Shown here piece after piece: positions 1-13,600 of a DNA stretch of 64,000 bases (its first letter is position 1; every line of letters starts with the position of its first letter). The stretch is from Octopus vulgaris. Taxonomy: Eukaryota. Both the position numbers and the translations under genes were made by a program. The notes below the pieces were generated by a model, which saw only the letters and a program-made list of their open reading frames with translations, was not told the DNA's origin and did no database searches. The stretch covers positions 101,804,001-101,868,000 of the forward strand of contig OX597823.1 in assembly GCA_951406725.2 (NCBI GenBank), read 5' to 3'.

Positions 1-229
1 GTTACGGTTTCAAGTCCGAGATCGGAATCGAGTACGTATTGTTCCTCGACAGTCTTTCAATGAATCGAGTACACAATTCAATTTCGGTGTTAATTCCCAT
101 TTGAAAATGTTACTTCACTAACGCAGTTGAGAGAGGCATAAACGCCATCGCCTCACATTGTCATATATTCAATGGGTGGTCTTTCGTCTAAGTATATAAA
201 ATGTCCGACAATAAAATGAATCTTTAATA

Positions 230-374
230 TTTTACTGGTTTCAGTCACTGGACTGCGACCATACCAGAACATCGATTTGGAAGGTTTTAGTCAAACTGAG
301 TCCAGTACTTATTTTTAAAGACTAGCACTTATTTCTGTCGGTTTCTTATGTCGAACCTCAAACACACACATGCA

Positions 375-435
<61 letters not shown>

Positions 436-485
436 TTCTCTCTCTCCCTTTCTCTTTCTCTCTCTCCCTCTCTCTTTTTCTCTCC

Positions 486-520
<35 letters not shown>

Positions 521-682
521 CGAACTTCCATGCAGTTTCTGTCTACCAAATTCACTCACAAAGTCTTAGTTGGCTCTGGGCTACAGTAGAAAACACTGTC
601 CTAAAGTGTCACGCAGTGGGACTGAACCCGAAGCCACATGTTAAAAAAAATTCTCTTCACCACACAGCCATGTCTGCTTCTA
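230..682 (-). mobile_element. Degraded SINE family A copy (tRNA head, CORE-like), with an internal (CT)n expansion
   Basis: Aligns by eye to the cleaner copy at 7241-7645 (cacgcagtgggactgaaccc; tctaccaaattcactcacaa; gtttcagtcactggactgcg). Confidence 0.7.
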
Positions 683-1549
683 TAGCATAAAGCTGACAGA
701 TTGTTCTTTACTTTTCCATTTTTTCTTAATTGAATAATACATATTTAATGGCTGAATGTAGAAAACAAAACTCGTGTAACAATAGCGGAGGACTTCATCA
801 TTAATAATAAAGATCTGACTCAAAGGAATTGCCTGTCGATGAGATATTCACCAGATAACTCATGATATTGATTCTATAATTAAGTTTCTTGCAGCTGTTA
901 AATTTCAACATTAATGTCTTATATAATGTTTTTTCGGCTTCGGGATTCTAAGCGGCCCTCACCCACCCCAAAAAATAACGAAAACAATCATTCGAATTTT
1001 AGTGAAAAACAAAAATAATGATTATTCTTGCACTTCGAAAATGGTTTTATAAGTGAAAAATCAATTTCAGTTTCATTCTATTGCCATACATTTTATACAC
1101 CTAAAACGAAATATTGCCATCCACTGATGAGTTTGTTTGTTCAAAATCATTGGTTTTCTTTGTTTTTTGTTTTGTTTTGTTTTTTTGCTTTGTTTGTTTA
1201 TCGTTGCTGTCGTTCTTGCAGTGGTGCATGTAGTACAGTGGTAAAGCGTTATGTTTTCTGCCATTCGAGTCTGAAGGAATAACGGTTTCGATTCCTAGTT
1301 GGACGACTCCTCTTTTATTCTAATTATTGATTCAATATATTCATCTTTTCCTAGCAGACTCGGGAGAAAGTTTTAAAAATTCGCTTCTCAATCACGTAGA
1401 TCTGGATTCGGTTACTCTGTGTGGTACCTTCTGCTATCGTTAAAATAAGCACCAGACTTTCAAATAAATACAGGGGCCGATACGATTAGCTAAACCTTTG
1501 AAGGCGGTGCCCCAACATGGCCACAGTCCAGTGGCCAAAGCTAATAAAG

Positions 1550-1594
<45 letters not shown>

Positions 1595-2536
1595 CACTCA
1601 CACACACACACACACACATAAAACAAATTGTTTCTTTTTTAATATTGAACGCCAAACTATATGCTTTATTTATGTTGCTGCCGTCGGAAATATTAGACCG
1701 GGGTGAGGATGAGGGAGAAACAAAATCCGAAATGGGCTCAGCTGGATTGCAATCGATCAGAACTGACCTAGGTCAAAATAACAACAATTGAATGAGTTAT
1801 CATTGTCTCCTCTTAAATAGCACAAACCTTTATATTTGGGATTACAAATTCTTGCTGTGATATGTTCGTTTATATTTTTGTCTCCTGATAATTAAATACG
1901 TTTTGCTTTATAATATTCTTTTTTATAATCCACGTTAATCTTAATTCGGATAGATCCCCGATAATCCAGTATCGTTTAGATATATTCTCTAGTGGGATTT
2001 TGCTATCATTTTATTCATTTATTTTCATATCATGTCATTCTCTGAACAACGGTCAAATCACAGGTTCACTCCACTACATCTCTGAATCGGGAGTGACAAG
2101 AGAGTGCCTATGCAACTCGGGCGGAATAAATACCGCAAGATGTATTTGTTCGAAAGGACCGATTTAAGGGTGTTCTCGTCGATCGGCGAAAGATATTCGC
2201 ATTTTCATGGAAATCTCTTCCCATAAACTCTGTTATCAGTATTATTAGCAGCAGTAAAGCCGCAAGCAAGCAGAATCATTTGCGCACCGAACAAAACACT
2301 TCGCTGTACTTCTTCCAGCTTTACGTCCTGTGTCCAAATTCTGCCGAGGTCGACTTTGTCTTTCATCCTTTCGGAGTCGATAAAATAAATACCAGTCAAG
2401 CACTGGGATCTATAATCAGCTGGGCCCCTCCTCACCACGATTCAGGCCTTGTGCTTATAGTTGAAAGAATCAGTAGTAGTAGCGGTGGTGATGGTGGTGG
2501 TGTTGTAGTATTTTGGCGGTGGTATGATAGGATTTA

Positions 2537-3145
2537 TTCTTTTCTACAAGGCCCGAAATTTTGGAGGATGGAGTGCCAGTCGATTAGCTCGATCCTAGTG
2601 CGCAACTGGTACTTAATTTATCGACCCCGAAAGGATGACAGGCAAAGTCGACCTCGGCGGAATTTGAACTCAGATCGTAAAGACAGACGAAATACCGCTA
2701 AGCATTTCGCCCGGCGTGCTAACGTTTCTTATTTTTTTTACTGCCCACAAGGGGCTAAACATAGAGGAGACAAACAAGGACAGACAAAGGGATTAAGTCG
2801 ATTACATCGACCCCAGTACTCAACTGGTATTTACTTTATCGACCCCGAAAGTATGAAAGGCAAAATCGACCTCGGCGGAATTTGAACTCAGAACGTAACT
2901 GCAGACGAAATACCTATTTCTTTACTACCCACAAGGGGCTAAATACAGAGAGGAGAAACAAGGACAGACAAACGGATTAAGTCGATTATATCGACCCCAG
3001 TGCGTAACTGGTACTTAATTTATCGACCCCGAAAGGATGAAAGGCAAAGCCGACCTCGGCGGAATTTGAACTCACAACGTAACAGCAGACGAAATACGGC
3101 TACGCATTTCGCCCGGCGTGCTAATGTTTCTGCCAGCTCGCCGCC
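2537..3145 (-). mobile_element. Nested/tandem trimer of SINE family B
   Basis: Three consecutive copies of the body (atcgaccccgaaaggatgaaaggcaaagtcgacctcggcggaatttgaactc) with a single complete head (ggcggcgagctggcagaa on -, at 3145). taggattta occurs on both flanks. Confidence 0.85.
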
Positions 3146-5618
3146 TTGCTGGTAGGATTTACTGCACGTCGAATAAATTGTTCCGGCCTATTACGTTCTG
3201 AGTTCAAATCCCGCTGATTTGATTTTGCCTTTCATCTCTCCACGGTCGATAAAATAAAATACCAAACAAGTAATGAAGGCGATATTATTGACCGATCCCT
3301 TCTCTCAAAATGACTGGATTTGTGCTTAAATTAGGAATACATATTATTTCTTGGCGCCAGTCCAGTTTCGTATGAAGTATAAACAGTTTCAAATTGGGAT
3401 GGAAATGTTTCGTTTTTCACCAAAAGAAACCCTTTTTTACACTTTCTCATCAGCTGTTCAACACGTCACTTTTGCTTGTTCACACCTTTTCCCTTTCAAA
3501 ACTTAAATATAAATAATGAAATAACTGCGATCATTCAACAATTTCGAAATAAAAAACATTTGTTGGAAATAGATAAATAACTTTTAAATATTTCTAAGAA
3601 AGATCGGAAGTTATGAAATAGTTTAAAAAAAGAAAAGGAAAACGGGGTTGGCTAGATTTGTTGACAAGATTCGTGAGAGTAGAAGAAAAAAGTGTGATAA
3701 AGGGAAACTGGATTGGCGTCCAAAGACGTTCCAACCTGACCATCCCATCTTTTTCTCTTTCTTCTTTCCAGATATTGAGTAGATTCCTCAAATTATATTA
3801 TATATCCTTTATCTTGTATCTTTTACTTGTTTCAGTCATTGGACTGCAGTCATGCTGGGGCATCACCTTGAAGGGTTTACTCGAAATAGTTGACCCCAGC
3901 ACTTACTTTTTAAGCTCGGTACTTATTCTATCAGTATCATTTGTCGAGCCGCTAAGTTACAGAGCGGTAAACAAACCAACACCGGTTGTCAAGTGATGGT
4001 CAGGGGACAAACACAGATACCAAACACACACACACATCGAGCTGGTCGAGAGAACCCTCGCTGGTTCGTCTCTTACAGTCTTGGTTATTGTTTGTTTGGT
4101 GCTGTTGTTTAATCCCAAACCAGTCTTGATCTGGCAGATCGACGGTTAACTGCATTCCGGCAGTGAGTGGTTTGTTTTGAGAGAAAATTTGACTGTTATT
4201 TCTTGTGGGTCGAGTGACTGATTGTTGTTGGTGGTGTTTCACCCTATATCACTCCTGGCTGTGCAGACATATGATCAAAGACGTCCCAGCCATGACCAGC
4301 TCATAATTTTTTTCTCTCATTATATAACACACGAGTAACATGAGGGCTAATTTGGTGTCCTAAGTCTAGTTGGTCGAACGGCTGTGTAGAGGATTCCTCG
4401 TTACTCTAGTAGATGTTACTTGCCGAAGATGTCATGCGGCAGGACCGAACCCAAGACCTCATGATTGTGAAGCGAACTATTAACCATTAGACCATTCTGT
4501 GTATGTTATTTCTATGTAAAAAGACATATATATGTGTGTATAAACGCAAGTTGTTTCCATATAGAATGAAAATAAACATATCGTGTACGTGTGGAATGAC
4601 ATTTCCATTCTTACAAAACTAAAGCAACGAACATGTCAAATTTTAGAAAAACGTTTTTCCGGATTTTCTTAAATAATGTCTAAAAGGCTTTACAAATGTG
4701 CTCTCTTCACATGATGGCCAGATACATAAATAGAAGTGTACATTTCGTTTGCATTTGAAGTGTTTACAATCGCGATTTAAAACTTGTCTTGTGGGGTATT
4801 TATGAATTTAAGGAGGAAATTGTTTCTAACAATTGTTGAACAGTTATTTATCGTTATTCCGGCTGTTTTTGCTCGATTCAATTTCCTAAATTTTGGTTTC
4901 AACCATTTAGCATTTAAAATAATCATACTTGTCCCAAATATTCTATTCGTTTTATGCTCAAACTGGTCAGATTTGGCCCCTCTTACCTACCCTACCATGT
5001 CATTCTAAAAATAAACAATCATATTACTGAAATCTCGAAGCTACGAAATAATGCGTGATTAATACAAAACAATATGAATAAATAAGCATTAGGATTTGAC
5101 AGAGAAATCTGAATGTTAAAGGATGTGAACGTTAGAATGTTATAAGGCAGCAAACGGGCAGAATCGTTATTGCCGATTTTACGTTCTGAGTTCAAATTCC
5201 GCCGAGGTCGTCTTGCCTTTCGACGTCAATAAAATAAGTACCAGTTGAACACTGAGGTCGATTTAACTGACAACGACCCTTCCGCATATTTCAGGCCATG
5301 TGCCTATAGTAGATGGTCGTATTAGGATGTTGCTGTTTTGCTATAAGTTGTGTTGTGAGCAAAATTACATTTTTCGTATCACATATGAGCGGATCAAGCG
5401 TGTGAAATGACAAGGGAAGTAATACGGAAAATTATCAAGCAATATTGCTTTGGATCTATTTTCGATGTGAACGATCCCGTCGCCAGCGATCTCGGGAAGA
5501 CCCGTAAAGTATAATTAGTGTTTTTTTCGTATTTTTTCTTGTTTCCTTTTTGTTTGAGAAAATGTGTTGAGCCTGTTGTGAGTATGTTTCTGTCTATGTG
5601 TGCGTAAGTATGAGTGTA

Positions 5619-5662
<44 letters not shown>

Positions 5663-6065
5663 TGAGTGAGTGTAAGAGACAGAGTGAGTTATAATTAAAA
5701 CTATGCCATGATTTACCTGCTGTAAAATGATCGTATGCATTTAATGATATAGTTTCACATACGAACACACTCACATGCATATGTGTACGCATACATACAT
5801 ACATACATACATACATACATACAAACATACATACATGCATGCATGCATACATACACACACACACACATACACACAAATACATACATACATATTCTGATAT
5901 GTGTCAGCATATAGAAGGATTGCCGTTTAATCCCAAGATTAAAGAGACCAGTCGCACAAAAAAGAGCTAAATACGTTTTAGTACGTAGACTATATTTATT
6001 TATATTTTAAATATAAACCCCACTACGATGCCAACATCTCAAATGTCTCCATCTATTTCAGGTGC

Positions 6066-6097
<32 letters not shown>

Positions 6098-6105
6098 ATA
6101 TGCCT

Positions 6106-6143
6106 GCACCCGAGGAAAGTCGTGAGACTTGAAACGTTAGTCC
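6106..6143 (+). ncRNA. Hammerhead-ribozyme-like motif (degenerate)
   Basis: CCGAGGA-AAGTC-gtga-GACTT-GAAAC-GTT: CUGANGA-like box, perfect 5-bp stem II, GAAA box. Stem I is weak. Confidence 0.45.
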
Positions 6144-6237
6144 CCCACCCACCCAGCGTAGGGTTTACATTATTTAAACTAAAAATGTATGTTTAGATAA
6201 AAAGAGAGAAAGAAAGAAAGACAGAAAGAAAGAAGAG

Positions 6238-6322
<85 letters not shown>

Positions 6323-6558
6323 TGTTTCTTTATTGGCCACACAGGGCTGAACACAGAGGGGACAAAATACAAAGTAGAGCTTTTCTTTCTCACAGAAATG
6401 TCATAATGTAAAAGGGGAAATAGATTAGGTCTATTCGTCGAAAGAAAAGCCTACGGAAAAGATAGATAAATAGATTGATCCACGAACCCATAGAAATAAT
6501 CCTACATGTCCATCTCTAATATTCTATTGTAATTTTAGTAATCTTTCTCATCTTTCTC

Positions 6559-6600
<42 letters not shown>

Positions 6601-6681
6601 TACTTTCCGCTGATTTAGTTCCAATCTATCTCCAACTGTTCCTCTACTTCACCTCTCCGCACGCACACACACACACACACA

Positions 6682-6716
<35 letters not shown>

Positions 6717-6804
6717 CAGATTTCTTGGTTCTTCAGTTTTCCTGGACTTCCTTTCCCTCTCTTTCTCTCTCTCTGTCTCACCCGCATCCACACACACACA
6801 CACG

Positions 6805-6849
<45 letters not shown>

Positions 6850-7240
6850 GCATGCACACTTTCACTTCGTCTCTCATCCTCTCTTTTTTCACTCTCATCA
6901 TCTCTCTCTCTCTCCCTCTTTCTCCCAACCTCATCACCTTTTCCTCCTCTCTTCTGTCAATTTCTTCTTCTTTCATCTCTTCCAACACTCCACCACCACC
7001 TCTACCACATTCACCCCAATCGCCAGCACCAACCCCTTCTTTCCGTTCCCTGTTTTGATTTCACACATATTTCTTCCATGCCAACACCATTTCCTATAAA
7101 ACCCACATTCTATCATTCCAAATACCTTCCTTTACACAATTTCCTCTTTCATTCTTCTAACCCTTTCCTTTTCCTCATTCCTTACTCTCGTGATCTTTTT
7201 CTGTTCGTTTTTACCCATTCTTTGATCGTTGTGTGTGTAT

Positions 7241-7645
7241 ACTCTTTTACTCTTTTACTTGTTTCAGTCATTTGACTGCGGCCATGCTGGAGCACCGCCT
7301 TCAGTCGAGCAAATCGACCCCGGGACTTATTCTTTGTAAGCCCAGTACTTATTCTATCGGTCTCTTTTGCCGAACCGCTAGGTGACGGGGACGTAAACAC
7401 ACCAGCATCGGTTGTCAAGCAATGCTAAGGGGACAAACACAGACACACAAACACACACATACATATATATATACATATATACGACAGGCTTCTTTCAGTT
7501 TCCGTCTACCAAATCCACTCACAAGGCATTGGTCGGCCCGGGGCTATAGCAGAAGACACTTGCCCAAGATGCCACGCAGTGGGACTGAACCCGGAACCAT
7601 GTGGTTGGTTAGCAAGCTACTTACCACATAGCCACTCCTGCGCCT
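7241..7645 (-). mobile_element. SINE family A, near full length (tRNA-derived head, CORE-like block, (gtaaaaga)n tail)
   Basis: On -: A box (gtggctatgtggtaa), B box (gggttcagtccc), atcttgggcaagtgtcttct CORE-like block, central TA/TG microsatellite, tail gaaacaagtaaaagagtaaaagag. More than 8 related copies in the window. Confidence 0.85.
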
Positions 7646-8559
7646 ATGTGTGCGTTTGTTTGTTTTTGTTTGTTTTTTGTGGGCTTTTCCAGGGTTTTGT
7701 TTTAAAACCAAATATATAAACCCCTAAATAGAGATTATTGGCAACAAAAGATTAACTGGTAAATAAGCTTTAATCTAAACAATTTCTTTTACTCCTATTG
7801 AACAGACCCATAATTATGATCAACGACATTCCAATCGTAACCTACCCATCTCATTATATTTCAGACATAGTTCATCTTGGATTACATTAAGTAATGATCA
7901 GCAACGAAAGATTAACTTACAAATAAGCTGTCATGAAAACGTTGTTGTTGCTGTTGTCGCCTGTGAATCAGCCTCAGTTCTTCTGTTCTATAATTTAACA
8001 GGCTTTAGACTCAAAGACTTAACACCTGTCTTATTTTCTTTCTTATTTCCCCATCTTATTTTCTTTCAACCAGACAATATCTAGGATTAAGATTACATTA
8101 TCCGAAGTCCCCATTGTATTTTTTTAAAAAACAAAATCAGTGTGGCGTGATTTGGAAAGGGGATTGGCAGCTATTTCTAACGAAGAGAGAGATTCCTTCG
8201 TTGGTTCGATGTAAATTCTCGCTTATTCGTAAGCAGTTAAGATTAGATGGTTGCAGCAAATATTACACACGCACACACACACACACACACATTGTATTTC
8301 GGTGTGGTCGTTTGATTTGTTTGTTTGGGTTTTTTCGCCAAATAAACACACGCACTATTATTGAATTTGAATCAAACTGTTTTGATCCACACACACACAC
8401 ATATTTTTCACAATTAGTGCGTGTGTTTATTTGACAAAAAAACCCCCAAAAAACCAGAGTCCCGAAATACAACAATATATATTTCAATACACGGTTTCAC
8501 ATCAGGGATCTTGCGAAGCAAACCCATAAACAGTTCAATATCTAAGAGATGAGGAATTA

Positions 8560-8740
8560 TGTACATTATTTACATTATTTATAGTTGACGGATATTTCGG
8601 CTGATGTACCCTCCAGCCTTCATCAGGTGTCTAGGGGAAATTTCGACACATGATGAAGGCTGGAGGGTATATCAGCTGAAACATTGTGTTAACAACAAAC
8701 AAGATGAGGACAAATATCCGTCAAATGTAAATAATGTAAA
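8560..8740. mobile_element. Fold-back Penelope-pLTR-like element with a hammerhead motif in each arm
   Basis: Inverted arms (tacattattt..ttgacggatattt / aaatatccgtcaaatgtaaataatgta). + arm: ACAC-aTGATGA-A-GGCTG..CAGCT-GAAAC-ATT-GTGT. - arm: CTGATGA-A-GGCTG..CAGCC-GAAA. Confidence 0.7.
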
Positions 8741-8797
8741 TCCATAAACGTTTTAAATATATATATATATATATTTAAATACAAATATATATATATT

Positions 8798-8961
8798 TAA
8801 ATACAAAATCGGACAAGAACGCAAAACATCCGGACAACTAAGTGATACAAAAAAGGGACAACAAAACGCCCTGATAGACGATACAAAAAAACAAGGACGG
8901 GTCATTCGAAGCTTTATATCCTCAGTCAAGAACCGGATCATCCTCGCAATTTCGGCTGATT
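8798..8961 (-). mobile_element. Short interspersed repeat beside (TA)n, possibly Penelope-derived; second copy at 56110-56280 (+)
   Basis: The two copies align (aatcagccgaaattgcgaggatgatccggttcttgactgag..gcttcgaatgacccgtccttg). The pLTR identity is inferred. Confidence 0.55.
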
Positions 8962-9326
8962 TCCACTAATGCATCTAAATACTTTTTGGACATAAACATT
9001 TCTTATATACATCTGTATTGACTTTCTCAGTGTAGATGTCGTTCCCCATATATGTACAAATGTAATACTTTCCCAAATAAATTGTACTTCATATTCGAGG
9101 CTCCAATGGAGCTATAAGGTCTTACTCAGGCACTCAACTATAAGTCCACTGCATCTTATAGCAGATACAGTGGTAAGGTAATGAAGTTCATAAGATAATC
9201 ATTTAATTCATTGTCATCTTTCTTTGTTATCACCGCTCTATGCTCAGCCAACTATTCGTTCTGAAATATACGTATATTGAATTCTACACCAGATCCTAGG
9301 TCTCGCATTGCCTAAGCGAAATATCA

Positions 9327-9446
<120 letters not shown>

Positions 9447-10558
9447 CATATATATATACGTATATTTTTGTTATGTTTATCTCACACCACTGCTAGACAA
9501 CCGGTGCTGGTTTGTTTGTTCTCCCCGTAACAAAGCGGTTTGGTAAAAATAAAAAGAAAAATTATTGACAGAATTAGTACTGGGGTCGATTTGTTCGACT
9601 AGGTATTGCCCCAGCATAACTGCAATCCAATGACTGCAACAAGCAATAAATATGTAATACGACGTGGACACAAGGGAGAGTAACTGTGTGGTGACGAAAT
9701 GTGTTTTGTACCCAGGTAGTTCCAGGTTCTGCTTCCTAGAAAGCTGGCTGATAAAACGATTTAAAGACCATGTAGTTTCAATGTGAAAATAATTCACTGG
9801 TTAAAGCAATTTAGAATAATAACAGCGGAAAATTTCCCACGGATGCCTTCTGCATGAAGAACATGTAAGTACAGGTTGTTATATGTAATAGTTTTTAATT
9901 TATCAAAATCGTAATTGAGTTCGTTAGCGTTAACAAATGTACTGTTAATGAACATTACACTGAGAGGAAAAAAAATTAAAGGGAGAAAACTCGTAGAATT
10001 TCAATTGACTAAAATTAAGAATTAGGGTGGGAATAATATGTGTATGTATAAGTTATTTTATTCTTTGTGTTTAGATTCTTAAAATGTCTTCTACTTCCTT
10101 ATTTCTTTATTTTACTTACCTTTTATCTCTTTTCCACATTACCCCCTCTTTCCCTCTCTCTAATTCTCTCCGCCGCCCTTTTCACTCCAGCTTCCCCCAA
10201 TCTCACCCTCATTTGCTGTGAAGTTCATACCTACATACATGGTACCATGAAATTAGGCTTGCTTTCCCCACGAACCACTTCCATCCGTACATGTAACACG
10301 ATAGCTTCAGATAGAGCGTTTGCTGCTAGGCCCTGCGTGTGATAATGTCAAAACTGAGGACTCTTTGGTCGGAAGTATGATCATTCAGGGGTCATCAGTA
10401 GCTAGATGATGGGATGGGGTGGGGCGGAAGGGCGTCCAATAGATATAGGTCTTATTGACGTTGATGTACGTAAATATCGTTAGTTTGACCTCTGGATTGA
10501 CTTAGGACTGAGATAGGAAGGACAAGCAAGTAAGAGCTTCTGCTCACGCGGTTGTTGT

Positions 10559-10560
<2 letters not shown>

Positions 10561-10591
<31 letters not shown>

Positions 10592-10920
10592 CTATGTATG
10601 TGTCTGTGTGTGTGTCTGTGTATGTGTCAGTGTGTTTTCATGTGTGCGTGTGAAGGTGTGTTCATGTATGTCTGTGTTCATGTGCGTGTGTGTGCAGGTG
10701 TGTTCATGTATGTGGGTGTACATGTGTGTGTGTTCATGTGTGCGTGTGTATGTATGTGTGTTCATGTATGTGTATGTTCATGCATGTATGTGTACATGTG
10801 TGTGTATGTGTGTGTTCATGTGTGTGTGTGCATGTATGTTCATGTATGTGGGTGTACATGTGTGTGTGTGCGTTCACGCATGTGTATGTATGTAAGTATA
10901 TATGTATGCGTGTGTGTGTG
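10561..10920. repeat. Degenerate (TG)n minisatellite with a higher-order unit (tgttcatgtatgtgggtgtacatgtgtgtg)
   Basis: Visible directly; gttcatgt punctuation recurs throughout. Confidence 0.85.
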
Positions 10921-11710
10921 ATCCGGTATAACACTGGTCAACGATCAGTCAGATGTCCTTGCTTTCACAACAAAAATGCAACCCAGTGACCACACAATAA
11001 ACACTCAGCTACGCAGAATGCCTTAGCAATTGCTTGCGTTTACCTGATTGTGCTGCGAGCACTAGCATAGCTAGAGTGTGTGTTGCTCGGGGCTGCCCTT
11101 CCGTTTGCCACCCCCGGACCCCTCAAAAATCACATATGCCTACAGCAATAGCTTACGACAGGATGAAATGCGCTACCTCTTTAAAAGTGCTGCCCCTACT
11201 GCTCCCGCGAGATGCGTGTTTTTTTTTTTTATGCGGATTTACGTACTCATACCTATCAACATGTCTTAAGTGAACGGAAAAGAATACGAAAGCACCTGGG
11301 CCTGGCAAATGATGCAGACGAATGTATTCTCTTCATGAAAAGGTTAAGATGACCAAGAAAATACATAAAGACCACCAAACTCGATGCCCGCGTACCTGTG
11401 GGCATCGAGTTCGGTGTCAATGAATTTCCCATTCGTTCCATTTACAAAGTGCATGCAGATGATTTATTTATCGCTGATTCTTTTATCACTGTGCTTTTGT
11501 TTTTGGAACCAAACCCCTGCACCGCAATAAATGAGGATGATGTATGTAGATGTAGGTTGTGTGTGTGTGTATGTGTGTGTGTGAATGTGTGTGTGTGTAT
11601 GTAGGCATGTATGTATATATGTATGTATGTATCTATCTATCTATCTATCTATCTATCCATCTATCTAACTATCTATCTATCTATCTATCTAATTTATCTA
11701 TCTATCTAAT

Positions 11711-11773
<63 letters not shown>

Positions 11774-12854
11774 ATTTATCTATCTATCTATCTATCTATC
11801 TATACACATACATACAATCTCTCGCTCAAATGTACACACAATTTTTATCATTATTATCATAGACCATCGAAAAAGATTGGCCCGCTGTATTTCTTCCGGC
11901 TCTTTACATTCTGCCATCAAATCTCGCTGAAATCAACTTCGTCTTTCATCCCTCCGGGGTCGATGTCATCGATTAATCTCCTCCCAACAAAATCGCTGGA
12001 CTATCTACCAAAATAAGAAACTAATAATGGCGGCGCGCTTTTAGAACTGTTACTGCGTCAGTATTAAGTATGTGGAAGGGGGACGTATATATGTATATAG
12101 GAATATATTAATAAACCTGTGGTGCAGAGCTATACAGAGGTAAGCCAAAACGCGTAAATACAGTGTAAAATAAATGGTTAGAATACCCAGTTGTCTATTA
12201 ATTTCATATTAGAGAATATGATAGCAAATATAAATTAAGAAAGACTAAGTATCGTTACTCTCTTTCTCTCTCATTACCCGTGCCTCTCTTCCCTTTCTGT
12301 TCTACTTTCTTATGGACAATTGTTGAATTTTACGCCGTTTGATATCGAACAAGATGTCTCATTCTGAACTAGATTTCAGCTTGCGTAAAGTACACCAACC
12401 GTTTTGGTGCGAGCGGAGGCAGATCGGGCGGGCCAATCGCCACTCATAAATATCAATTTGGAACATTCGGAAAATGGATTTAATCCCAAGTAAAGCACAC
12501 AAAATAAAAAGAGATTATATATGTACACACTCACTCCCTCATTCACACATACATATATATATGCGCGTGCGCGTTTTTATACATATACACATACATATAC
12601 ACACACACATGATGCATTTATGTACGAAGAACTATAACTACGTACATTGGCAGCACATGTACATTTTACGTAAGCTCTCTACTTAACACAACTTATCAAG
12701 CAATTCTACATTATTTGGTGACCTTTCGACGAGGCAGCGTTTCTTGGAATCAATTTGATTCAGGAATGCTTCACAATTATCTCCTCCCATCTTCCCTCTC
12801 TCTCTCTCTCTCGACATATGTATATATCTATATCTATCTATCTATCTATCTATA

Positions 12855-12890
<36 letters not shown>

Positions 12891-13063
12891 CGAATGTGTG
12901 TGTGTGACACATTTTCTCTCCCCCATCTACCCAATGATCTGATGTCTACTTGTTTTACTCTTCCTCTTTTCTCACCTCTCTCTCAGTATATTTCGTTCCT
13001 TTCATTGCTCTCCTCAAAGCTCATCTTCTCTCTATTTAGCTTTCATTCACATTTTTCACCGAC

Positions 13064-13102
<39 letters not shown>

Positions 13103-13324
13103 GATGGCCTTCTTTCAGTTTCCGTCTATCAAATCCACTCACAAGGCTTTGGTCCCACGCAATGGAACTGAACCCGAGACCACGTGGTTGGTAAGCAAGC
13201 TATTTACCACACAGCCACTCCTGCGCCTATATATATATATATATTTCTCTCCTGCTCCCCATTTCACTCCCTTCTGCTCTCTCCCTCTCTCTCTTTCTCT
13301 CTCTCTCTATCTTTCTTTCTTTCT

Positions 13325-13366
<42 letters not shown>

Positions 13367-13563
13367 CTCCACCCTCTCTCTCTTGCCATCTCTAACACTC
13401 ATGCAACGACCTTCACACTAACACACACACACAACACACACACAGGCATATACACAAACAAATACTTCCGTTTTTTTTCTTCACAGGCTTGCATTTTTAT
13501 CAGCATCACCTCTCTCCCCAGCTGTTTCCCTTTCTATGTGCACACACACACACACATACAAAC

Positions 13564-13600
<37 letters not shown>

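Noticed and set aside
315-690. [16 protein letters not shown] and HTHT ORFs here and throughout the track
   Set aside because: Translations of microsatellites with no coding signal.
1222-1305. tRNA-like sequence (gtagtacagtggtaaagc..ggtttcgattcc)
   Set aside because: A and B boxes only, no cloverleaf; a decayed SINE head.
2280-2885. 201-aa ORF
   Set aside because: Runs through SINE B copies; a chance open frame.
4899-5125. Possible piggyBac-type MITE (aaccatttagcattta..gaatgttaaagga)
   Set aside because: Termini too degenerate and no TTAA TSD is visible.
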